Of a DNA stretch of 64,000 nt, positions 16,526 through 25,119 are shown piece by piece. The translations under genes were made by a program, and so were the position numbers. Within the stretch, counting starts at the first letter, position 1. The number at the start of each line of letters is the position of its first letter. Source of the stretch: Gammaproteobacteria bacterium (GTDB lineage: Bacteria; Pseudomonadota; Gammaproteobacteria; DSM-16500); the NCBI GenBank assembly GCA_035764205.1, contig DASTZQ010000007.1:3453-67452 (forward strand), given 5' to 3'. Under the pieces are notes generated by a model. That model saw only the letters and a list, made by a program, of their open reading frames with translations, had not been told where the DNA came from and did no database searches.

Positions 16526-17713
16526 ATGTATGAATTACATCCAGAAATCATCGCAGCGTTTCCAGCGCATTTTTCTTCAGCCAAGGTTGTTAAAGAGCGT
16601 GAACTTAAAACATTCACAGCACGCCAGTCTTATTTGTTTATCCAGTTTGACTCGGCGATAAAAATACCAGTCACCCAAGAAAGCATAGGCCCGGTCATTG
16701 ATTTATTATTGAATGGCGACAAAGCATTGTCTCAGTGTTATAAGATTGGTGTTAATCAAAATGCGGCAGCATTGCGGTGGGTGGGGAATGACAAAGATCA
16801 AACCATTGACATTCACGGCCTTGCATTAAGTTTTTTTGTGCCGCGTGAATCGGCGCTTTGTCTTGATGAGGGCATCATTCAGCCGCTTATCGATTTTAAC
16901 TTAATCAATCAAGCCATTGGCGAAAATTTGCTTCACCGCTTAAAGCAAGGCTTTGAGTCGTCACCACCTAAGCTTGTTGTTTCACCCCGGTCGTTTTTTT
17001 CGAGTGATGTTAGCAACCCACATCGAAAACTATCAGAGCAAGTTAAAGCGGCGATCATTCAAAGCCAAATTTCAACCGTTAAAAAAGAATCCAGTCCTCG
17101 CTCTTATGCGGGTGAAGGTTCGATTAATCCGGCTTATGAAAATTTATCACAAGTGAATTATCGATTGCACCTTAACGAAAAGCGCATTTGGGTATTGCGA
17201 AGTAACTTTGAGATAGCGATAGGCGTAAAAAACGCTTATCAGGCCTTGTGGGGTTATCATGGGTTTCACGACATATTTGATGAGAAAAGTTATCCTTATT
17301 TGAATTGGGAAGATAGAACGGGGCACCCATCCCTCGCGATGGTTGAACCAGAAAGCGGTTACGATGGCGATGTTTATTACGCAGGCCATTTTGCACAGCG
17401 CGAAGGTTATTTAGAAGTGGTGGATAATTCGGGAAGGTTTGATCGCTCTGACTTGCCGCACGCGCAGCTTCAGCTTTTGCAGGCGTATGTTGCTTTGCAA
17501 TTTCAAAAAGCGTTTGGCGAGCAAAAAATTGTTTTTGTGCCGCGCCAAAGCCGAAACACGTATGATGCTGATTATTTCGAGCTTTCAGGGTTTTACAGCG
17601 ACCATAATGTTTTAGCGGGGTCGGTGATCAGGTACGAATACGACAGCGGTACCATTGCGCGAATATTGAATGATGCAAAAGAGGTGAGGCCATCTTTTAG
17701 TAAAGTGCAATAA
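16526..17713 (+). CDS. Hypothetical effector-like protein with an H.SLA...AG...NSG domain
   Basis: 395-aa ORF; C-terminal half carries WVL..IAIG, GHPSLA, YYAGHF, VDNSGRF. Confidence 0.75.
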   Translation: MYELHPEIIAAFPAHFSSAKVVKERELKTFTARQSYLFIQFDSAIKIPVTQESIGPVIDLLLNGDKALSQCYKIGVNQNAAALRWVGNDKDQTIDIHGLALSFFVPRESALCLDEGIIQPLIDFNLINQAIGENLLHRLKQGFESSPPKLVVSPRSFFSSDVSNPHRKLSEQVKAAIIQSQISTVKKESSPRSYAGEGSINPAYENLSQVNYRLHLNEKRIWVLRSNFEIAIGVKNAYQALWGYHGFHDIFDEKSYPYLNWEDRTGHPSLAMVEPESGYDGDVYYAGHFAQREGYLEVVDNSGRFDRSDLPHAQLQLLQAYVALQFQKAFGEQKIVFVPRQSRNTYDADYFELSGFYSDHNVLAGSVIRYEYDSGTIARILNDAKEVRPSFSKVQ

Positions 17714-17739
17714 ATAATAGGGGTGAAATGGTGGCTGAC

Positions 17740-17771
17740 AAAAAAACGGCCGGTTATTCCGGCCGCTTTTT
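17740..17771. terminator. Bidirectional intrinsic terminator
   Basis: A-tract, CGGCCGG-TTATT-CCGGCCG stem-loop, T-tract, between convergent genes. Confidence 0.75.
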
Positions 17772-17782
17772 ATTTGGATGGT

Positions 17783-18100
17783 TTAGCGATGAGCGCGAGC
17801 GGGTTTGGCTTTGGCGGCAGCGGGTTTGTCGTTGTTGCCTTGTGCTGCATCGGTTTGCATCATGGCTTTGTTGTCGCAGGTGCCAGCTTTGCATTGGTCG
17901 CCCATGTCATTCCACATTTTCATGCCGCTATTGATGGTGCAGGCAGTGGAAAGAATGGCAAGAATAATCACAATAACGGCCACTAATTTGGCGAAGCAAG
18001 AACCTTTGCAATCGCAGCGTGAAGCGCCAAACATGAATAAAGCGCAACCGGCGCAAAGGGCTAACAAATTAAGTGCGAACGCAGCGTGAAACATGAACAT
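17783..18100 (-). CDS. Small Cys-rich membrane protein
   Basis: Start re-assigned to MFMFHAAF with AAGGAG SD; two TM segments and a basic tail. Confidence 0.7.
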   Translation of the reverse strand: MFMFHAAFALNLLALCAGCALFMFGASRCDCKGSCFAKLVAVIVIILAILSTACTINSGMKMWNDMGDQCKAGTCDNKAMMQTDAAQGNNDKPAAAKAKPARAHR

Positions 18101-18299
18101 GGCGAACTCCTTGTCAATGAGGGGTGAACTGTAAAAGTATAACACGATTTGATCAGGGCTTGGCCTGATCACCCACATTGAGCCATTTCTGGGCGCAAAA
18201 TACAAGTAGTTTGAAGGGCTTGAGGTGAATGAGTCGTTGGTGATCTTGCTAAGATGGTTTATAATCAGCGCCAATGTTGTTAAACGATAGGAAATCGAT

Positions 18300-19004
18300 A
18301 TGCGTATCGTATTTTTTTTGATCGCGCTACTGATTCTCACTTCCGCTGAAGGGGTTTATGCCAACACCACCCATAAACACGCCAGCACTAAGCACAGTGC
18401 CACTAAACACGCGCACAGCGCCCGCCGCCCCACGCATCACGCGAGTGCCTCCACCCACAAGGCGCCGCCACTTTCTATCACGCCCGATGATTTAGTGGGC
18501 TTTGACGACTACCCCCGCGATGTTAAAAAATTAATCACCGATGCCCTGGCCTTGGCCGACCAACACTTGCCTTATCGTTTTGGTTCCACCGACCCGAGTG
18601 TCGGGTTGGATTGCTCAGGCGCCATTTCTTATTTATTGAAAGAATCGGAAGTCGACGATGTGCCCCGCCAGGCCGACCAAATCTACCAATGGGCCTGGGA
18701 AAACGGCCAGTTCTCAGCAGTTAATAGCAAACGCATCAGCTCGTTTGAATTTGCTAAATTAAAGCCTGGCGACCTGCTGTTTTGGTCGGGCACTTACCCT
18801 GTCCAGCGCGACACCGACGTCACCCACGTCATGATGTACATCGGCCGCGACAAAGACAACCGTCCCCTGATGTTCGGGGCCACCTCTAACCGCGTTTACC
18901 AGGGCAAGCCTGATGGGGTAGGGGTCTTTAGCTTTAACATGCCCTCAGGGCGCACCAAGGCCCGATTTTTGGGCTATGCCTGCGTCCCTCACCTCAACTG
19001 CTAA
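18300..19004 (+). CDS. NlpC/P60 (C40) cell-wall peptidase
   Basis: Signal peptide, His-rich linker, GLDCSG, PGDLLFW, HVMMYIG. Confidence 0.92.
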   Translation: MRIVFFLIALLILTSAEGVYANTTHKHASTKHSATKHAHSARRPTHHASASTHKAPPLSITPDDLVGFDDYPRDVKKLITDALALADQHLPYRFGSTDPSVGLDCSGAISYLLKESEVDDVPRQADQIYQWAWENGQFSAVNSKRISSFEFAKLKPGDLLFWSGTYPVQRDTDVTHVMMYIGRDKDNRPLMFGATSNRVYQGKPDGVGVFSFNMPSGRTKARFLGYACVPHLNC

Positions 19005-19120
19005 GTTTGCCACCAAACGCAAATAAGAATCATTTGCATTTAGGATTTAAATTGACTACACTCCTTATTTAGTGGTGCTGGTGTATCATGCCGGCACAAA
19101 GCGAAAAGAGGGGAGTGGTC

Positions 19121-20908
19121 ATGAAATTCAAAAAAATAATGCGTGGTGTCGGGGCGGGGGTTTTAACCATCGGTGTGGTCACCGCTTTTGGCATTTTAAG
19201 CGTGAGCGGCGCCATGGCGGCTTTAGCCAACCCAGGCGTTGGTATTTTAATCGCTTCTTTTGTGTTTGGTGGCATGGCCGAAGGTGAGGTTTATTTTTCA
19301 GGTATTTTTAATGGCTTGAAAGATGTTTTTAGTCTAGGTGAGCGTGGCAAGCAGCAGATGGTGGTGAAATCATTGCGCCGTCTTTTAAAAAAACATGAAA
19401 GCCATCTTCAAGAAAATTCCTTTTTATCAGAATACCAGCAATTGGTTAATTACCTTAAAGCCGCTAAAAAATCAAAATTAACAAAAGCGCATGAAGACGC
19501 CATTCGTTTTGCTAAGCAGCGTGTTGCACTCATGGAGGCTTATTTTGCAGATCGTGTTTTAAATGGAAAAGCAAAAGCTGATTTTGAAGGTGGTGATGAA
19601 ACCACCGCAAGCATCATGAATGCTTTGATTAGCGAAAAATCTGCGATTAAGCATAAAATACGTTTCATGCGTTTTGGTGCAATACCCATTGCTTTAATTT
19701 GTGGCAGTGGGTTTGCATTTTGGGGTGCATCGCAATTAATTCCTGCCATTGCAGGTTCTGCTTTGCTCGCGTCACTTGGCTTCATGGGTTGGCCTTTGGT
19801 GGCCATGGCCGGTGTTGGTTTTACTTTTTTAATTATTAGCACCTTTAAAGCAATTTTAACGAGTGATGCTTTTTCACGCTGGAAAGAGCGTGTGCGTCGT
19901 TGGATTAAGCCGGGCGAGGCCATCACGCCTTTGCAGGTTTTTAAAGTGGCACTTAAGGGTTTGTTGGTGGCGGCTGTGGTTGGCATTTGTGTTGCTGGCA
20001 TTGTTGCAACCGCACCGGCCATGTGGGTGTTTATCAAGCACGGTGCAGCCATTTTAACGAATTTAACGAAAGCAGTGACGTGGGTGTGTAACAGTGTTTC
20101 CATGGTGTTGGCCGCAGGCACGTTTATTTTTTCAACGTTTAATTCGTTGAAGAGTTTGGATGAGGTGATGGGGTTTTGCAAAAAATGGTTTACCGGTAAT
20201 AAAATGGGTGACTATATTAAGCGTCAATGGCGCGGTCTGCGTGAACGAGAAAGCATGGCGCAAACGCTAGACCCTTTTCGCGCAACCGCGCGTTTTATAC
20301 AGATGATAGGGAACCTTTTTGTCGCGCTTGCGCACCCAGCAGCGAATGGCTTGGGTGGGAATCAATCGGCTTTAATGCCGCCCATTCCTGCAACCATTGT
20401 TAATGCGGCTAATGAGTTGGCGCAAGATGCGAATTTTTTCATGGAAAAAGGGTCGCTGACTTCAAAGTTGATAATGGGGTTGGTTTCGCCCTTGTTACTT
20501 ATTTCCGCGGCGTATCAAACCTTGGTGAGCCAAGTGTTTAACCCCTTAGCCGGTGTGGATAAACCAAAAATAAATATTTGGCAGGCGCTTAAAAATGCAT
20601 TTGATTTAAATAAACCGGTGTTTGAAAAACCCTTGCCCGCAATTAGTTCTCAAGGGTGGCGAACCAGTGTGATTCAATCGTGTTTTGCGAAAGAAGAAGC
20701 GCGGTTGAAGGGTGTGAGTGTTGGTAAAGCAAAAGCCGCAGATAAGCTGACGGTGTTGAATGCCGTGAAAGAAAAATTGATTGACCCTCAAAAACCCGAG
20801 GCTGAAAATATGGATGTGTTAAATCAACATCGTTTATTTAATTCTAAAAATAAATTAACAAGCACGGAAAAATTTGTGCGTAGCATGCGGACGAATATGG
20901 CAAGATAA
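19121..20908 (+). CDS. Multi-pass membrane hypothetical protein
   Basis: Long ORF with three hydrophobic clusters separated by charged helices; GAGG SD before ATG at 19121. Confidence 0.8.
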   Translation: MKFKKIMRGVGAGVLTIGVVTAFGILSVSGAMAALANPGVGILIASFVFGGMAEGEVYFSGIFNGLKDVFSLGERGKQQMVVKSLRRLLKKHESHLQENSFLSEYQQLVNYLKAAKKSKLTKAHEDAIRFAKQRVALMEAYFADRVLNGKAKADFEGGDETTASIMNALISEKSAIKHKIRFMRFGAIPIALICGSGFAFWGASQLIPAIAGSALLASLGFMGWPLVAMAGVGFTFLIISTFKAILTSDAFSRWKERVRRWIKPGEAITPLQVFKVALKGLLVAAVVGICVAGIVATAPAMWVFIKHGAAILTNLTKAVTWVCNSVSMVLAAGTFIFSTFNSLKSLDEVMGFCKKWFTGNKMGDYIKRQWRGLRERESMAQTLDPFRATARFIQMIGNLFVALAHPAANGLGGNQSALMPPIPATIVNAANELAQDANFFMEKGSLTSKLIMGLVSPLLLISAAYQTLVSQVFNPLAGVDKPKINIWQALKNAFDLNKPVFEKPLPAISSQGWRTSVIQSCFAKEEARLKGVSVGKAKAADKLTVLNAVKEKLIDPQKPEAENMDVLNQHRLFNSKNKLTSTEKFVRSMRTNMAR

Positions 20909-20927
20909 ATGTGCATGAAGGTCGTTT

Positions 20928-21035
20928 GCCTCCCCCGGCCCCTCCTGGAATCCTTCCCTCACTACGTATCGTTGTGCGGGGCCAGGAAGGGTGACGCTCT
21001 AATTCGCTTCATCAAAGCGGGGTGACGCTCTAATT
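20928..21035. repeat. Palindromic repeat, family 4, plus duplicated 16-bp end
   Basis: GCCTCCCCCGGCCCCCTCC...CTCTAA resembles 24604-24662; GGGTGACGCTCTAATT occurs at 20989 and 21020. Confidence 0.6.
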
Positions 21036-21061
21036 TACTTCTGGATGAACTAAGAGCCCTT

Positions 21062-21217
21062 GTAGCCCGGACGCGTTTCACAGCGGCCGGGGCTGTCGTT
21101 GAGCGAAGGCACGAAAAAGCAGGTGGTTTTGTTGAGGTGTTGGATGATTATGATAGCGTGATATCCGGGGCTTCGCCCAGGCACCAGCCCCGGCCACAAA
21201 AAACGTGTCCGGGCTAC
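21062..21217. repeat. REPIN-like inverted pair of family-2 GTAG REPs
   Basis: GTAGCCCGGACGCG...GCGGCCGGGGCTG at 21062 and an inverted copy CAGCCCCGGCC...CGTGTCCGGGCTAC at 21185-21217. Confidence 0.85.
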
Positions 21218-21239
21218 AAAAGCGCCGGCTTTCCTTTAA

Positions 21240-21620
21240 CTAAGCGCGTGACAAATGCGCATTCAAATTGCGAGTGGCAGGGTCAATTTTGACTAAACTG
21301 CCTGTCGCGCCATCCACAATGATGCTAGGCCAGAATAAGATATCCAGTAAAGCAATCGGCTGGAAGGATGTGTTGACTTGCATGGCTTGGTCGTTATAAC
21401 CCTTCTTGCGAACCACCACCGTTTTGCCGCCGTAAATGTAAGAAGGCATGGTGACAACGGTTGGCGTGGTGCCATATTCTTGGTTATCAACCAAAACAGT
21501 CGCGCCAGCAGGCATGGAGTTGACTTGAACAGAGCGTGTGTTGTCGCCGGCAATGCTTGCGCAGCCGGTTAAGCTAATGGCTGCCAATCCGGCAATAGCC
21601 AATTTCAAAGCATGTTTCAT
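21240..21620 (-). CDS. PEGA-domain lipoprotein
   Basis: Lipobox LTGC; VNSMPAGATVLVD...GTTP and KKGY motifs. Confidence 0.85.
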   Translation of the reverse strand: MKHALKLAIAGLAAISLTGCASIAGDNTRSVQVNSMPAGATVLVDNQEYGTTPTVVTMPSYIYGGKTVVVRKKGYNDQAMQVNTSFQPIALLDILFWPSIIVDGATGSLVKIDPATRNLNAHLSRA

Positions 21621-21694
21621 GTTAACCTCGTTTGGTTTATATCAGTTCGCAAGCAATCTTGCGGCGCGATGTTAGCAACTCTTTTGGGGGAAGT

Positions 21695-21892
21695 CTAGCG
21701 ATGGTGGTTGGGGGCGAGTTTGCTGGCCAATTTTCTTTCAAGCATGAGGTTGAGGGTTTGCATAAAAAATGTCATGGAGGCGAGGGGGGATTTTATGAGT
21801 GTTTGAACAGGGTGAAAGTCGAGCTGAAGTTGAACCGGTGCAAGGGAGTCGTCGAAGTCGATTTGTTCGTGGTGTTGGTTGATGTTGTCCAT
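21695..21892 (-). CDS. Small hypothetical protein
   Basis: GAGG SD before MDNINQ; co-oriented with neighbours; no recognisable motif. Confidence 0.4.
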   Translation of the reverse strand: MDNINQHHEQIDFDDSLAPVQLQLDFHPVQTLIKSPLASMTFFMQTLNLMLERKLASKLAPNHHR

Positions 21893-22039
21893 CCGTGGCC
21901 TCATCTTGTTTAAACACGCTATATCAAAACACTAGACCACTTTTTCAAAAGATGCAAGTGTTTGTGATCAAACCAAAAACCCCGCACTCCGGCAGGGTTG
22001 ACTTGGTGTTGGGTAGCAATACCCAGGTAGGCAAAACGG

Positions 22040-22588
22040 TTAGCCGATGCAGGCTGCACAGAAGCCGCCATCAATGAAGACAGTGGTGTAGTGCAAGTTT
22101 GCATGGTTTAAATTGAGTTTGGTTTCGGTGCTGGATAATGATTCCGCATCGTAAGTGATGGTGTGTTTTTTCATGTTCACGACGGGGTTGGAAAGTTCCA
22201 TCACCACGTTCACATTTTTGCTCTTGCCATTGACGTTGGCAACACCGCTTACCACGGCATTGGGCGCATCTTTATCAAAGCTTTGTTTGCCGCCTTGATT
22301 CCAGGTTTGCAAATAAACAGCATTGCCAATTTGCCCAACCAGGCGTTCGGGGCGATCAGAAAAATACGTCACCATGGGGTTAACGCCACTCAGCGTGAGT
22401 TGATAGCTTTGTTTGCTTTTATTCAGTTGCGTTAAGCTAGCGTTGTTCGCAGTTTGAATATAAAGCACATCGGCCGGTGTTTTACTGGGGGCAGATGATT
22501 TTAAATTAAAGTAATGCTCAAAGCTCATGGCGGAAGCCAATTGCGTTGTCATGGCGAGTAAAGCGGTGGTGAGCATTAATTTTTTCAT
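22040..22588 (-). CDS. Exported hypothetical protein (FSDRPER motif, terminal CxxC)
   Basis: Signal peptide MKKLMLTTALLA...ASA; AAGGAG SD. Confidence 0.8.
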   Translation of the reverse strand: MKKLMLTTALLAMTTQLASAMSFEHYFNLKSSAPSKTPADVLYIQTANNASLTQLNKSKQSYQLTLSGVNPMVTYFSDRPERLVGQIGNAVYLQTWNQGGKQSFDKDAPNAVVSGVANVNGKSKNVNVVMELSNPVVNMKKHTITYDAESLSSTETKLNLNHANLHYTTVFIDGGFCAACIG

Positions 22589-22607
22589 GGTCGTTCTCCT
22601 TCATTAA

Positions 22608-23927
22608 TTATGACGCACTTAAATTTGAATATTGTTGTAACCAAGTAAGATATTCATCATCGTCGATAGGCAAGACATCTTCGCTTGATGTTTGTTTACT
22701 TGAATAGATTCCCAAATTTGAAACGGATGCATTCTTCGCCGCGGGTTTTTCCGCTGCATTCACAGGGCTGGATGAAGTGTCTTTTTCTTCATCCTTAATT
22801 GGAGCAAAAAACATTTCTTGATTGGCTGCTTTTTTGCGATGTTGATCTAAACCAAATTTAACGGTGCCGCCAACAATGGCAACCCAAGTGAGAATGGCTG
22901 CTAAGCTTTTACCGCTTGTGATTAAATCACTTTCATGATCAAGGTTAATGCTCGTGGCAAGGTCGGTGAAATATTCTTCTAAGAAGAATACGCCTGCCAA
23001 TACACTGAACCCACGTTCAACCAATTCTTTCATGGGTTTTGATTTGATAGCCAGCAACATGGCTTCTAAGGCAAAGCCAGCTGTGTGGCCGCCAATAAAA
23101 ATGGCAGTTCGTGTGTTGGCGGTAATATCCGTTAAGTTGATTTTAAGCCAATCTTGCATGATGTCGATGGTGGCTTGGTTGATGGTGCCGCCATTAAATT
23201 GGCTGCCAAACAAGAAGGTGCGAATGAAGGTGTAAGCTGCACCGATCACGGCTTTGGGTGTATCAGCAATGGAATTTCTTAGTGTTTTTGCAAAAACGCG
23301 ACCATCCCTTTCGTGGTGACGAATGTATTCTTCGGCAAAGCTCATCGCGCTGACAACCAAACCAATGGCTGTGGAGGCGGAAAGAATGTTATAGAGTACG
23401 TTAATGTTGCTGTCGCTTGGTGTGCTGCCATTGGGGTCGGTGTTGTCTAAGCTAAAAGCAAAGACCGTGTCTTCTGTAAAGCTGGCTGAGGCAATGCCAT
23501 TCAGTGCAGCCATTAAGAAGGTAAAGGTCATGAAGGCAGCCTTATTGCTGGATGAGCGTTTGTTGTTATCACGTGTTAAATGAAACAAGCTTGTTGCTAG
23601 CGTAAAGAGTAAGAAAGGCAAGACAAGCATGTCTGACCAGTTGGCAATGCGTCGATATTGATTTGGGAAGCCAGCGGCGTTATTCAAGATAAAGTCGTAT
23701 AACGCTAAACCCATGAGGGTGTAGATGAGCGGGTCGCCATAGCTCATGGCTTCATTGAGTTTTTCAATTTTAGGTTCAATGCGATCAATGGGGCGGTTTA
23801 TCGCCTCATGAATGTTATGCAAAACGCGGCCGGTGCTGGTTAAGCAGCTTGGGCGAGGCATCTCGCCATCGTTGATGGAGCTTCGTTGCGTCTTGAGCAA
23901 TGCTGTTTTTTCAGTATTTCTCATCAT
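22608..23927 (-). CDS. Multi-pass membrane hypothetical protein (effector-like)
   Basis: Multiple TM helices and an acidic C-terminal tail; GAGG SD; PmrA-type box upstream. Confidence 0.8.
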   Translation of the reverse strand: MMRNTEKTALLKTQRSSINDGEMPRPSCLTSTGRVLHNIHEAINRPIDRIEPKIEKLNEAMSYGDPLIYTLMGLALYDFILNNAAGFPNQYRRIANWSDMLVLPFLLFTLATSLFHLTRDNNKRSSSNKAAFMTFTFLMAALNGIASASFTEDTVFAFSLDNTDPNGSTPSDSNINVLYNILSASTAIGLVVSAMSFAEEYIRHHERDGRVFAKTLRNSIADTPKAVIGAAYTFIRTFLFGSQFNGGTINQATIDIMQDWLKINLTDITANTRTAIFIGGHTAGFALEAMLLAIKSKPMKELVERGFSVLAGVFFLEEYFTDLATSINLDHESDLITSGKSLAAILTWVAIVGGTVKFGLDQHRKKAANQEMFFAPIKDEEKDTSSSPVNAAEKPAAKNASVSNLGIYSSKQTSSEDVLPIDDDEYLTWLQQYSNLSAS

Positions 23928-23972
23928 GTTGGCCACCCTCGTTTTTTTCATTAATTTAGTGATGATGGGCTT

Positions 23973-24005
23973 ATAGTACAAGCAAAGACTTAAGGAAACC
24001 TTAGG
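23973..24005 (-). promoter_or_regulatory. PmrA-type box plus -10 element
   Basis: Minus strand cCTAA-GG-TT-TC-cTTAA, 11 nt, TACTAT. Confidence 0.7.
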
Positions 24006-24068
24006 AGGAGAAAAATATTTTTAGAGCGGATGTAACTTATTGATTCTTGTATACAGCAACGCAGTGGC

Positions 24069-24116
24069 GTAGGGTGGATTAGGAGGGCGCGCCCTTTGCG
24101 CTCGACGTAATCCACC
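24069..24116 (+). repeat. GTAG-type REP, family 3
   Basis: GTAGGGTGGATTAG...CGTAATCCACC; followed by AACCTT as in the copy at 2150. Confidence 0.85.
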
Positions 24117-24126
24117 AACCTTAAAG

Positions 24127-24513
24127 CTACTTCAGCTTCATTTTTCGATCGTTAAACCAGCCCTCATCCCCGTAAGACACAAAAATTTCTTCCCCTTTTT
24201 TAATGGCGCTGCTGGCTTTAAACACCATGAGGTTGCGCTTTGGGTAGATTTTATAATCGGCGTTGGGTTCTTCGGCGTGGTTGTAGATCATGCCGTAGCC
24301 TAAAGGGATGCCGTTGGCGCTGCGCCCGACTTGGAAGTAATAGTCTTCCAGGGCTTTATCGCCGCCTTTTTTGCTGACCAAGAGGTAGCATTCTTCAATA
24401 ATGTCGCCTTTTTTGAAGTTTTGCGCGGCAAACACACCGTAGCCGTGGATGGCCTTGGATTTCTTAACGATGACATTACCTTGAAAGAGTTCTTTTTTCA
24501 TGCTGGCATTCAC
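24127..24513 (-). CDS. Stand-alone SET-domain protein-lysine methyltransferase
   Basis: HGYGVFA, YNHAEEPNA, IKKGEEIFVSYG motifs. Confidence 0.92.
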   Translation of the reverse strand: MNASMKKELFQGNVIVKKSKAIHGYGVFAAQNFKKGDIIEECYLLVSKKGGDKALEDYYFQVGRSANGIPLGYGMIYNHAEEPNADYKIYPKRNLMVFKASSAIKKGEEIFVSYGDEGWFNDRKMKLK

Positions 24514-24557
24514 GTGAAGGTTATGATGAATAAGGCTTTATACACTAAAACGGGGGT

Positions 24558-24584
24558 AAAAAAAACCCTCTTGAGAGAGGGTTT
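24558..24584 (-). terminator. Intrinsic terminator
   Basis: AAACCCTCT stem with matching AGAGGGTTT; 8-T tract on the minus strand downstream of the 24665-24886 gene. Confidence 0.7.
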
Positions 24585-24603
24585 GTTGGGGGGGGTGATT
24601 GAA

Positions 24604-24662
24604 GCCTCACCCCAGCCCTCTCCTTCCTCGCAAAAGGCGCTCGGTGGAGAGGGAGCCTCTAA
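24604..24662. repeat. Palindromic repeat, family 4
   Basis: GCCTCACCCCAGCCCTCTCC...GGAGAGGGAGCCTCTAA; internal GCAAAAGGCGC identical to the REP-B loop. Confidence 0.65.
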
Positions 24663-24664
24663 GG

Positions 24665-24886
24665 TTAAGCAGCAGCCGTATGTAAAACCAACGTGGGTTT
24701 ACGAGAGATGTCGTTGCCCGTGTAGGTCATGGCCGTTTTTTGGCCATTATGTTGAACGGTGGCTGTGTTTGATTTAAATGCGTTGCCCATCTCATTAAGC
24801 ATAGGGGAATTTTTGGTGAATGAGCTTGTTTCTGCAAAACAATGGCTCGCTAGCAAACTTAAAACCAACAGCATGGTTTTTTTCAT
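24665..24886 (-). CDS. Small exported protein
   Basis: GGAGG SD; signal peptide MKKTMLLVLSLLASHCFA. Confidence 0.7.
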   Translation of the reverse strand: MKKTMLLVLSLLASHCFAETSSFTKNSPMLNEMGNAFKSNTATVQHNGQKTAMTYTGNDISRKPTLVLHTAAA

Positions 24887-25043
24887 TTTATCCTCCCGGC
24901 AGTACAAAATGTACTAATAGATTCAAGCTCATTATACAAAATATGGAGGGATAAACCAAGGGGCGAGGGGGTTTATTATTTTATTATTAGTCATGGCCTT
25001 AGAGTGTGGCCATTAAATAACCAGCCGGTTTTATTTTTGTTCA

Positions 25044-25076
25044 CTTAAGCTTCCCTTAAGGTTAGTCAGTTAAACT
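25044..25076 (+). promoter_or_regulatory. PmrA-type box plus -10 element
   Basis: cTTAA-GC-TT-CC-cTTAA (perfect consensus), 11 nt, TAAACT. Confidence 0.75.
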
Positions 25077-25119
25077 AGTGTTCACACCACCCATTTTAAC
25101 GATAAGAGAGGGTCATGAC

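Noticed and set aside
18101-18340. 80-aa N-terminal extension of ORF 17783-18340
   Set aside because: It overlaps the divergent NlpC/P60 start, and a strong AAGGAG SD supports Met 18100.
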